From Erysipelothrix inopinata (GTDB taxonomy: Bacteria > Bacillota_I > Bacilli_A > Erysipelotrichales > Erysipelotrichaceae), in contig NZ_CP060715.1 in assembly GCF_014396165.1 (NCBI RefSeq), forward strand, positions 90,001-122,000: DNA of 32,000 bases, given 5' to 3'. This document shows positions 17,631-25,712 of the stretch, in pieces. Below the pieces are notes generated by a model. That model searched no databases. It was not told where the DNA came from and worked only from the letters and a program-made list of their open reading frames with translations. The translations under genes and the position numbers were made by a program. Positions within the stretch are counted from its first letter, which is position 1; each line of letters opens with the position of its first letter.

Positions 17631-17644
17631 TGTAAGCGTTTCCT
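17631..17644. promoter_or_regulatory. Candidate cre (CcpA) site
   Basis: TGTAAGCGTTTCCT compared with the cre consensus TGWAANCGNTNWCA: two mismatches, both in the right half. It lies between the divergent GH4 operon start (17605) and the araC-type promoter. Confidence 0.35.
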
Positions 17645-17672
17645 TGACCTTTGCGATGTTCATCTTTATACT
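17644..17672 (+). promoter_or_regulatory. Sigma-A-type promoter for the AraC-family gene
   Basis: TTGACC (17644-17649), a 17-nt spacer, then TATACT (17667-17672), about 40 nt upstream of the ATG at 17713. Confidence 0.45.
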
Positions 17673-17712
17673 ATATTTGTACATCGTATTTATTTTTACG
17701 ATAGGAGGAATT

Positions 17713-18621
17713 ATGAACCAGTTACATTACGAATTACACTACTTCAAAAATCCCAACTATCCGATTATTTTTCATTTTAATACGCTTTACAAGCATCATT
17801 CAGAGATTGTAGCGCATTGGCATGCAAACATTGAATTGTTGTATATCGTATCTGGTAAAGCTATCGTAGTCATTGATGATGAAACAGTTATCGCTCAACG
17901 TGGCGAGATTGTAATCATCAATTCTAATTCAATACATAGTGTTCAAAGTGAAACGGATGAGGTTGTATATTTTTGTTTAATCATGGACTCAACATTCTGT
18001 CGAAGCCTAAACTTTGATACAGTTAACTGCCGTTTTCACAATTTAACGAATGACTTAGAAATGCGAAATATTTTTCAAATTATCGCGAATGAAAGTCAAC
18101 AAGCTAAGCCATATTACCAAAAGGCAGTACGCGCATTATGTAATACCATGTTGATTCTTCTTTATCGTAATCAACTCATTGAATCCAGTGTTCAATCAGA
18201 ACCAATATCCGATCGCATGATCATAATTAAACAATCCATCGAATACATTCATCATAATTACAATCGCGATATTTCTCTCGATGAAATCAGTTCTGAAGTT
18301 GGGATCAGCAAGTTCTACTTCTGCCGCATTTTTAAGGAAGTAACTGGGATTACTCCAAATAATTATATTTTCCAAGTCCGATGCAACCAAGCCCATCAAT
18401 TACTGTCAGAGACAGATATCAGTATTGCGGAATGTGGTGAAGAATGTGGATTTAACTCGACTGCTTATTTCGCGAAATGCTTTAAATCGGTCTTTGGTTT
18501 CCCACCATCTCATATTCATCGTCATAAGGAAAATAGTGACTACCATAGTAAACGTGAAGCACTGCCACGACGAACTGTTTTTTCCACAAACAATGGTCAA
18601 TCTGAACCCGTTCCACTATAA
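17713..18621 (+). CDS. AraC-family transcriptional regulator (cupin sensor + HTH)
   Basis: Start at the ATG at 17713 after AGGAGG (17703-17708). N-terminal cupin (HWHANIELLYIVSG) and C-terminal AraC HTH (ISLDEISSEVGISKFYFCRIFKEVTGITPNNYIFQVRCNQAHQLL...GFNSTAYFAKCFKSVFGFPP). Divergent from the GH4-EIIC-ChbG operon, like ChbR in E. coli. Confidence 0.85.
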   Translation: MNQLHYELHYFKNPNYPIIFHFNTLYKHHSEIVAHWHANIELLYIVSGKAIVVIDDETVIAQRGEIVIINSNSIHSVQSETDEVVYFCLIMDSTFCRSLNFDTVNCRFHNLTNDLEMRNIFQIIANESQQAKPYYQKAVRALCNTMLILLYRNQLIESSVQSEPISDRMIIIKQSIEYIHHNYNRDISLDEISSEVGISKFYFCRIFKEVTGITPNNYIFQVRCNQAHQLLSETDISIAECGEECGFNSTAYFAKCFKSVFGFPPSHIHRHKENSDYHSKREALPRRTVFSTNNGQSEPVPL

Positions 18622-19923
18622 TTCCGATTCAAACGCTTCTTCAATTTCTTGAAGAAGTGTTTTATTTTGGAACACATATATTGCTGTTGTAGCAAGTACT
18701 TCTCCTGCTTTGATAATGCCTTTATGAGCTACATTTGATTTCCCATTATCTACCCATTGCCATGAATGCATTGGTGTATCAAAAGGTTCACAAGCAATGA
18801 ATAATTGTGCCGTTGGCACACACCAACTCACATCACCCACATCTGTTGAAACATAATCTTGATAGTGATATCGTGCATCTCTAATCTGAGTGTCAAAATA
18901 TAAATTTGTAGGATCATGACAATATTTTTCAAGATGAAGTTTATCGCTATCGTCTAATTCAATTTGTTTAGCACTTCGCATCACAGTTTCTAATGTTTGC
19001 GAGAGTGGAATACTTGCATTTAAATCGCGACACGATGCATCGACCTCAAACTTCATCTCAGTTTGCGTCATCAGTGCAGCGCCTTTCGCAATATCTTGAA
19101 CGCGATTGCACAATGATTCTACCTCATTCTTATTTTTGCCCCGAATAAAGTAATGAAGCTGTGCTTCTTTTTGTACAACATTAGCCGATGTTCCTCCTGC
19201 ATTTAAGTATGCATAATGGATTCGGGCTTCCATTGACATATGCTCTCGAAGGTAATTAACACCTACATTCATAAGCTCGCAAGCATCGAGTGCTGAGCGT
19301 CCTTTTTCAGGTGCTCCTGCAGCGTGGCTCGCAATACCAGCAAAGGAAATCGTTACTGTCTTTACTGCAAGTGTACGCTCAACCCATGCTTGTGTGAATG
19401 CGTTAGGATGCCACGTCAATATTATTGTAGCGTCGTTAAAAACTCCGGCCTCAGCCATGATGTTTTTAGCATAACCACTCTCTTCAGCAGGACAACCATA
19501 GACTTTAACTTGATAATCGAAACCATGATTCAGACAATAGTCTTTAAAAAGAAGTGCTGCATGAATCACACCAGTTCCTAAAAGATTATGACCACAAGCA
19601 TGGCCTGGTTCCTCTGATGTTACTTCTTGATAGCACTGAGACGGCTGGCCCATACCTGATAACGCATCATATTCTGCGAGATATCCTACAACAGGACCCA
19701 TATCACCCCATGAGGCCACAAATGCACAATCAATATTTGCACTGTTTCTTTCAATTTCAAACCCGTGTGACTCAAGATAATCACAGATTAGGTTTGTTGA
19801 TAGGGGAGTAGCAAACTTAACTTCAGCAAACTCCCAAATTTTATCAGCAATCTTAAATACATCACTTTTATATTTATCTGAGTATGACATTATTTCATTA
19901 AGTATTTTTTCTATTTTCTGCAT
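18616..19923 (-). CDS. M20-family amidohydrolase (AbgB-like)
   Basis: Metal and catalytic motifs HACGHNLLG and GCPAEESG. The length and N-terminal region resemble p-aminobenzoyl-glutamate hydrolase subunit B-type enzymes. Last gene of the long operon. Confidence 0.8.
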   Translation of the reverse strand: MQKIEKILNEIMSYSDKYKSDVFKIADKIWEFAEVKFATPLSTNLICDYLESHGFEIERNSANIDCAFVASWGDMGPVVGYLAEYDALSGMGQPSQCYQEVTSEEPGHACGHNLLGTGVIHAALLFKDYCLNHGFDYQVKVYGCPAEESGYAKNIMAEAGVFNDATIILTWHPNAFTQAWVERTLAVKTVTISFAGIASHAAGAPEKGRSALDACELMNVGVNYLREHMSMEARIHYAYLNAGGTSANVVQKEAQLHYFIRGKNKNEVESLCNRVQDIAKGAALMTQTEMKFEVDASCRDLNASIPLSQTLETVMRSAKQIELDDSDKLHLEKYCHDPTNLYFDTQIRDARYHYQDYVSTDVGDVSWCVPTAQLFIACEPFDTPMHSWQWVDNGKSNVAHKGIIKAGEVLATTAIYVFQNKTLLQEIEEAFESEL

Positions 19924-19932
19924 AACTCACCT

Positions 19933-20793
19933 CTAGCTTAGTTTCTCTAGTGCTTCAGTTCTCATGTCATTAATTTGATCTAAAGCTTTCATGATGCGTC
20001 CGGTTGTATCCAACGAAACAGGTGTTGTGTCGCTTTCAATTGCTTCACATAGCACATGAATGAGTCCCTCATACAGAGATTCATTCAATGCAAATTCTCG
20101 ATTATCCAATCTAATTTTGAAGTTTGGGTCTCCAACTTTGATCCAACGAATTTTAAAAGGTTTATTCGATACGGTTCCATACAAGTATTCTTCATCATCT
20201 GTTATTTCCAATCTTTCAATCTTAACTTCAGATGATAAAACAAACACCATTTCAAGACAGTGAATGCCGTACCAGTGGTATTCTGGTATCTCGTCAACAA
20301 AAGTAAGCGGTCCTTCAATTTCTATTGAATCCGCAAGATCAAAGTGAGCGTATGCATGAGTCATGAAGCTTGCAAATCTTAAAGTCGACGACGAGTATAC
20401 GCGTAAGTCTTTATCTTTTGTTAACTGACAAATTCGCTTGAAATCGTTATAGCTATAAGCTATCGGTTTATCAATAAAAATAGGTTTGTGTGTTTCTGGT
20501 AAATTATTTAATAAATCATAATGCGTTTCAGCATCCCCAGCAAGAATCCACCAAGCATCCACACCCTCTAAATCCATCTTATTAGTCACACGAATATCTT
20601 TGGGTAATGATTCTAATATTTGTGATCTTCGATTATTGTAGAATTGGCGAGTGCCACGTTGATCATCCACGACTCCCGCAATTTCAAACCGCCTACGAAA
20701 ACGGTTATCATGAATGATATATTCAACGAATGCCGACACATGAGATGTATCGGCACCGACAATCCCTATTCTATAGGGTCTTTTTGTTTGCAT
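19933..20793 (-). CDS. Gfo/Idh/MocA-family oxidoreductase (short form, 286 aa)
   Basis: N-terminal Rossmann YRIGIVGADTSH and FIDKPIA (a variant of the EKP motif). The start overlaps the upstream gene by 23 nt. Confidence 0.7.
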   Translation of the reverse strand: MQTKRPYRIGIVGADTSHVSAFVEYIIHDNRFRRRFEIAGVVDDQRGTRQFYNNRRSQILESLPKDIRVTNKMDLEGVDAWWILAGDAETHYDLLNNLPETHKPIFIDKPIAYSYNDFKRICQLTKDKDLRVYSSSTLRFASFMTHAYAHFDLADSIEIEGPLTFVDEIPEYHWYGIHCLEMVFVLSSEVKIERLEITDDEEYLYGTVSNKPFKIRWIKVGDPNFKIRLDNREFALNESLYEGLIHVLCEAIESDTTPVSLDTTGRIMKALDQINDMRTEALEKLS

Positions 20794-21841
20794 AACTGTT
20801 CCATAAGTCGCGGTTAGACATTACAAAGGCATCGTCGTTTAATGTCGGATATAAAGCATATACTTCATCAATATATTCTGACTGCCCTTCACTTAGACAT
20901 TCCTTGTCAAGTAAACACCAATTGCCTTTGAGCAGTCCTTGACGTGCTAACACTTCATTAATACCTGCAATACATCCTTTGAATCCATTTCGAACATCAA
21001 AGAATGCTGCATTCGCATCTGTAACATGAGTGCCAAGAGTTAAAAGTGATTCGATATTTTCATGTGTTTCTCGTGCATTTTGGATTTGATTAAAAAGTTC
21101 GACTGATGTTTTTGTCCAAACAGACCAATGTCCCAATAATCCACCCACAATACGTTTCGTTACCTGTTTTCCATCAATATCTAAGGAATAATCTGTCAAT
21201 AAATCAGGAACAATATTATCATCATTTCCAGTATAAACTGCAATTTCATCACATCGTTTCGACATCATTACAGCTTTCATGACATCAAGGGATTGATAGC
21301 GATTGAATGGGGCTATCTTAACTGCAACAACGCCATCAATGTTCATAAATTCTTTCCAAAATTCAAAAGAAAGAATACGACCTCCTGCAGAGGGCTGAAG
21401 ATAAAAACCTATCACAGGAATTATTTTTGCTACTTCACGAGCACGTTCAAGTAGCTGTTTCTCCGTATAATCTGGGAGATGGCCCATACTCAATAACGAT
21501 GCACAATATCCAAGTTTCTTAGAAATCTTCGCTTCACGGCATGCTTGATCTGTTGGCCCCGCTAACCCTGAAATCAGTAAAAAAGGACGCTCAAGTTTTC
21601 GTTTTGACACTTCTTCACTTGCAAGTGTCAATACTTTTTCATACAGGTTAAATTTTGGATCACGGATTTCAAATTGTGTTGTATGCACACCCACCGCAAT
21701 TCCCCCCACACCAGCATCGATGTAATAATGTGTCAATGCCCGTTGTGATAATTCGTCTAAACTTTTGTCTTCATTTAAGGCTAAAGGATGTGCCGGTATT
21801 ACGGTTCCTTTAAAGAGTAAATCGTGTTGATCTTGATTCAT
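20771..21841 (-). CDS. Dihydrodipicolinate-synthase-family (class I aldolase-like TIM-barrel) protein, function unknown
   Basis: GVGGIAVGVHTTQFEIRD and VVAVKIAPF resemble the DapA/NAL-family glycine-rich and Schiff-base-lysine regions. At 356 aa it is longer than DapA. The call is by eye. Confidence 0.6.
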   Translation of the reverse strand: MNQDQHDLLFKGTVIPAHPLALNEDKSLDELSQRALTHYYIDAGVGGIAVGVHTTQFEIRDPKFNLYEKVLTLASEEVSKRKLERPFLLISGLAGPTDQACREAKISKKLGYCASLLSMGHLPDYTEKQLLERAREVAKIIPVIGFYLQPSAGGRILSFEFWKEFMNIDGVVAVKIAPFNRYQSLDVMKAVMMSKRCDEIAVYTGNDDNIVPDLLTDYSLDIDGKQVTKRIVGGLLGHWSVWTKTSVELFNQIQNARETHENIESLLTLGTHVTDANAAFFDVRNGFKGCIAGINEVLARQGLLKGNWCLLDKECLSEGQSEYIDEVYALYPTLNDDAFVMSNRDLWNSYANKKTL

Positions 21842-22861
21842 TTAATACTTACCTTCTCTTTCTTGGAAGTGAGTTGGCTTGTCAATCATCGAACCATCAA
21901 GTTCAATCCACGTTGCAATAGTGTCGATCATTTCTCGAATACTTGTTTGAGGATATCCAAACAATTCATGAGATTTTGATGCATTGCTGAGAAGTGCATT
22001 TTCAGATTCCTCACCAACAATCGTAACTGCTTTTCCAAAACGTTCTGCAAAGCGCTCCGCAATCCAGCGTACAGATAAAGTTTCTGGTCCTGTAATGTTA
22101 ATTACATTAGCAGGTACTGTTGTGTGCAATAAACTTCTGATTGCCATTTCACTTGCATCGGGTTGCCAAATAACATTGACTTGACCCATTGTGACATCAA
22201 CAGGTCGATCATTATAAACATCTTTCGCAATTTCCACGAGCACGCCATAACGAACATCGATGGCATAGTTCAAGCGATAAATAGCCATAGGTGTTTTATT
22301 CTCTTTTGAGAAATGTTCGAAAATTCGTTCACGTCCAAGACATGATTGAGCATATTCTCCAATTGCTTCAGGCATTTGTTCTTCTGAAGGTGCTGCATAC
22401 TTTACGTTTACGAGAGGATAAACACACCCTGTAGAGAACACAACAATATTGGAGTCCTTAAATGTTTCTGCGATACGTCCGGGTAAATAACTATTAAGTG
22501 CCCAAGTATATGATTCATTACCCGTGCTACCAAATTTATATCCCACCATAAATATGACATTCTTAACATGAGGGAGTGATTTTAATGATTCATCATTCAT
22601 AAAATCAGCCACAAGTGTTTGGACTCCGATAGCTTCGAGAGCATCACGTGACTGATTACCATCAGAGAATCGTGCAACACCGTAAACCTTATTCTTAATA
22701 CCCGCTTTATTTAATGCATCCATCAATAAAGCAGCTAAGTTATAGCCAATTTTTCCACTGACACCAAGGATAATAATATCACCGTCAATGTGCTTCACAT
22801 CTTCAACAAGAGCTGAAGAAGCTGTATTCATTTTTTTCTCTATTTCATTCAATATCGTCAT
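21842..22861 (-). CDS. Extended-SDR (NAD-dependent epimerase/dehydratase fold) protein
   Basis: GVSGKIG dinucleotide motif and FSTGCVY. The active-site region reads EYAQSC where YxxxK is expected. TAA-ATG junction with the next gene. Confidence 0.75.
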   Translation of the reverse strand: MTILNEIEKKMNTASSALVEDVKHIDGDIIILGVSGKIGYNLAALLMDALNKAGIKNKVYGVARFSDGNQSRDALEAIGVQTLVADFMNDESLKSLPHVKNVIFMVGYKFGSTGNESYTWALNSYLPGRIAETFKDSNIVVFSTGCVYPLVNVKYAAPSEEQMPEAIGEYAQSCLGRERIFEHFSKENKTPMAIYRLNYAIDVRYGVLVEIAKDVYNDRPVDVTMGQVNVIWQPDASEMAIRSLLHTTVPANVINITGPETLSVRWIAERFAERFGKAVTIVGEESENALLSNASKSHELFGYPQTSIREMIDTIATWIELDGSMIDKPTHFQEREGKY

Positions 22862-23892
22862 ACTTTTTCCTCTTCTAGATCCTGATTCTTACCGTAAGTA
22901 AAACAATGTGTTAAATACGATGCACCTCTTTCAGAGAGCGTTCTATAAACTTCAGGATATGTTTCAATCGGAGTTGGCATATCGTAATATGCGTCTACTT
23001 TTATACGTTTTGCTTCTAAAAGTCGTATAAACTCCCCAACATTACGGCCCTCAGTCCAACGAACATATCCGTATGGATAATCTACGGCATCTTTTTCATA
23101 AGATGTGTTGTAACGTCCAGGTCCACCAGCTCTTGAAATACGAATATCAATTTCTTTAACAAACATTTTTTCTCTACTATAATTTGGTTGTATATCTCCA
23201 ACAATAACTGATTTGCCACGATCGCATAGCCAATCAATACTCTTGTCTGTTAAGTAGCTTGCGCCACTTCCCGCACATAGAAATACTGCATCAGCACCTT
23301 TACCACCACTCGCAAGCATCAAGTCCTTTTCAAGTTCATCTTCATCTGAGTATGTTTTAAGACCTGATACTTCGTGAAGTAACTCAGCACGTGAAGCTGA
23401 TCGGTTTAGTGCAAATACTACAAGTCCTGCGTTATGAGCAATCTGCGCAATAAGTTGCCCATATATTCCAAGTCCGACAACAACACAGATTTCGCCAAAA
23501 CGAAGATTTCCTTGACGCAATCCGTGAATTGCGATAGCACCCAATCCACCTAAAGAGGCGTCCTTAAGTGACACGCTTTCTGGAACTTTCACAGCGAGAG
23601 TTTTCGGTACAAGTAACTGCGAACGGTGTCCCACATAGGGTGCACCATAAACTGAAACTCGATCTCCAACTTTAAAATCATCAGCGCCATTACCCACAGA
23701 ATTTACGATTCCTGAGGCAGAATACCCAAGACGAACCACTTCTTCTTGAGAACCTTGACTCATCGTATTTTCTGTTCCTGGGCTTACAGCCGAATATGAG
23801 ACATCAACAAGGATATAGTTATCAATAACTGATAAATCCTCAGATTCGTATATTTTAATTTGCCCATTTTGGGCTCCTAAATAGTTCATCAT
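22858..23892 (-). CDS. MDR-superfamily (alcohol-dehydrogenase-fold) oxidoreductase lacking obvious zinc ligands
   Basis: GroES-like N-terminal domain plus Rossmann VVVGLGIYGQL. The positions of the catalytic-zinc Cys and His read AVSPGTE and LGYSASG instead of GICGSD and GHEASG. Confidence 0.75.
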   Translation of the reverse strand: MMNYLGAQNGQIKIYESEDLSVIDNYILVDVSYSAVSPGTENTMSQGSQEEVVRLGYSASGIVNSVGNGADDFKVGDRVSVYGAPYVGHRSQLLVPKTLAVKVPESVSLKDASLGGLGAIAIHGLRQGNLRFGEICVVVGLGIYGQLIAQIAHNAGLVVFALNRSASRAELLHEVSGLKTYSDEDELEKDLMLASGGKGADAVFLCAGSGASYLTDKSIDWLCDRGKSVIVGDIQPNYSREKMFVKEIDIRISRAGGPGRYNTSYEKDAVDYPYGYVRWTEGRNVGEFIRLLEAKRIKVDAYYDMPTPIETYPEVYRTLSERGASYLTHCFTYGKNQDLEEEKV

Positions 23893-23897
23893 AATTG

Positions 23898-24716
23898 TTA
23901 TTTAATACCTGTAAAGGCAATTCCTTTCGTAAAGTATTTTTGGAAAAATAGGAAGATCAAGAATGTCGGTATAAATGAAATAAATGCTCCTGCCATTTCA
24001 ATTCCAAAGTGTCCTTCTTTCGTAAGGAGTGATGCAAGTCCAACGGTAATAGGATACATATCATTACTTGTTGTGAAAATTAATGGAGTTAGAAAATCGT
24101 TCCACGAAGAAATGAATGCGAATGTACCCACTGTTGCGATAACGGGTTTTGATAGTGGAAGCATAATTGTAAAGAATATTTTTAAATCTCCTGCACCATC
24201 AATTTTTGCGGATTCTTCAAGAGAAGCCGGAATTTGTTGCATAAACTGTTTGACGAGGAACACACCCATTATTGACCAAACAAGTGGAATAATAAGTGCA
24301 GCACGCGTATTAACCCATCCAATCTCCGAGAACATAATATATCGAGGGATAATTAAAACTTGGGTAGGTATCATAACCACTGCCATCATCGTCCAAAAGA
24401 GTATATCTTTTCCCCAAAAATCTTTTCGTGCAAAGATATAACCTAAGACTGCAGCAAAGAACATTTGCAAGACTGTAGGGATTACAGAAACCACGATGGA
24501 ATTCCACATCCATGTTAGAATTGGTGAATATTTAAAAATATGTTGGAAATTCTTAATCGTGAGATCATGGGTAAATATCCATGTTAACGGATTACCTACA
24601 GGAACTTTTGCATCTACAAATGCACCAACAACCATTATTAGAAACGGCACCAGGAATGTAATTCCTAACAGAGTTAGAATTAATCCTTTTATAATTTTTA
24701 CTTTCTTATCGCTCAT
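23898..24716 (-). CDS. Carbohydrate ABC transporter permease (MalG-like)
   Basis: 6-TM protein with the EAA loop EESAKIDGAGDLKIFFTIMLPLSKP. Confidence 0.9.
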   Translation of the reverse strand: MSDKKVKIIKGLILTLLGITFLVPFLIMVVGAFVDAKVPVGNPLTWIFTHDLTIKNFQHIFKYSPILTWMWNSIVVSVIPTVLQMFFAAVLGYIFARKDFWGKDILFWTMMAVVMIPTQVLIIPRYIMFSEIGWVNTRAALIIPLVWSIMGVFLVKQFMQQIPASLEESAKIDGAGDLKIFFTIMLPLSKPVIATVGTFAFISSWNDFLTPLIFTTSNDMYPITVGLASLLTKEGHFGIEMAGAFISFIPTFLIFLFFQKYFTKGIAFTGIK

Positions 24717-24725
24717 AATTGCCTC

Positions 24726-25691
24726 CTAATTATAGTCAACTTGTTTTCCAAGGTAACGTTTCTGAATCATCGATACAGCGAAGATAAAGAAGAATAAGAC
24801 ATACGCTAATACACTTGCGTAACCAAAGTCATATGCTGTGAATCCCTGTTGATACATATAGTAAACAATAGTGTTTGTTGCATAGTTTGGGCCACCTTTT
24901 GTTAATAAGAACGCAGAATCGAAAATTTGAAATGATCCGATTGTTGTGGTAATCGCCACATACAAATGAATTGGCATTAAGAGTGGCATCGTAATTTTAA
25001 AGAAAGTTTTAAAGCGACCCGACCCATCAATTTTCGCTGCTTCATATACATCGTCAGGAATACCTTGTAATCCAGCATAGTAATAAATCATTGTATTTCC
25101 TACAACCTTATAGATTGAAAGTCCCGCAAGCACCATAAGTGCTTGACTGGAACTTGATAGAAAGAGTTGTTCTTGGATTCCGAAGAGTGCTAGGAATTGG
25201 TTAACAAAACCTTCAGCATTTCCTCGGAACATCCAAGCCCAAATCCCGGATATAACAACAAATGAAGTTACAACTGGAAGAAAGAAGACTCCTTTAAACA
25301 GTGTCGCCCAACGACGTTTTAGAGAATGAATTAATGTTGCGAATAGAAGTCCTAATGCCATCGTTGGTAAAATATAAAGTACTGAGAACATGATCGTATT
25401 CCAAACGGATTTCCATGCATTTGGGTCATTGAAGAACCGTTTCCAGTTATCAAGTGCAATAAATTCTGGTTTTCCTACGATTGGATAGTCCATGAATGTA
25501 ATCACAAAACTAAATACAATCGGACCGACGTAGAAAAATATAAAGTGCCCTAGAATCGGAACTAAAAACAAGTAAACTAATGAGTGCTTCTTGACATGTT
25601 TCTTTGCTCTTTCAAAAAACGACGGTTTCTTAGTTTCTTTTGGTAAGCTCGACCCTGTGAGTCCACGTTCAAGCGTGTTATTTTCTTCCAT
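24726..25691 (-). CDS. Carbohydrate ABC transporter permease (MalF-like)
   Basis: EAA loop YEAAKIDGSGRFKTFFKITMPLLMP. Start moved to the ATG at 25691 (GAGG 7 nt upstream) rather than the GTG at 25703. Confidence 0.9.
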   Translation of the reverse strand: MEENNTLERGLTGSSLPKETKKPSFFERAKKHVKKHSLVYLFLVPILGHFIFFYVGPIVFSFVITFMDYPIVGKPEFIALDNWKRFFNDPNAWKSVWNTIMFSVLYILPTMALGLLFATLIHSLKRRWATLFKGVFFLPVVTSFVVISGIWAWMFRGNAEGFVNQFLALFGIQEQLFLSSSSQALMVLAGLSIYKVVGNTMIYYYAGLQGIPDDVYEAAKIDGSGRFKTFFKITMPLLMPIHLYVAITTTIGSFQIFDSAFLLTKGGPNYATNTIVYYMYQQGFTAYDFGYASVLAYVLFFFIFAVSMIQKRYLGKQVDYN

Positions 25692-25712
25692 GTTAAACCT
25701 CACATTTCTAAT

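Noticed and set aside
18616-18621. 6-nt convergent overlap of the AraC-family gene and the M20 amidohydrolase gene with no terminator between them
   Set aside because: It probably just reflects a non-conserved C-terminal tail on the AraC ORF. There is no structured element, and on its own it is not evidence of antisense regulation.
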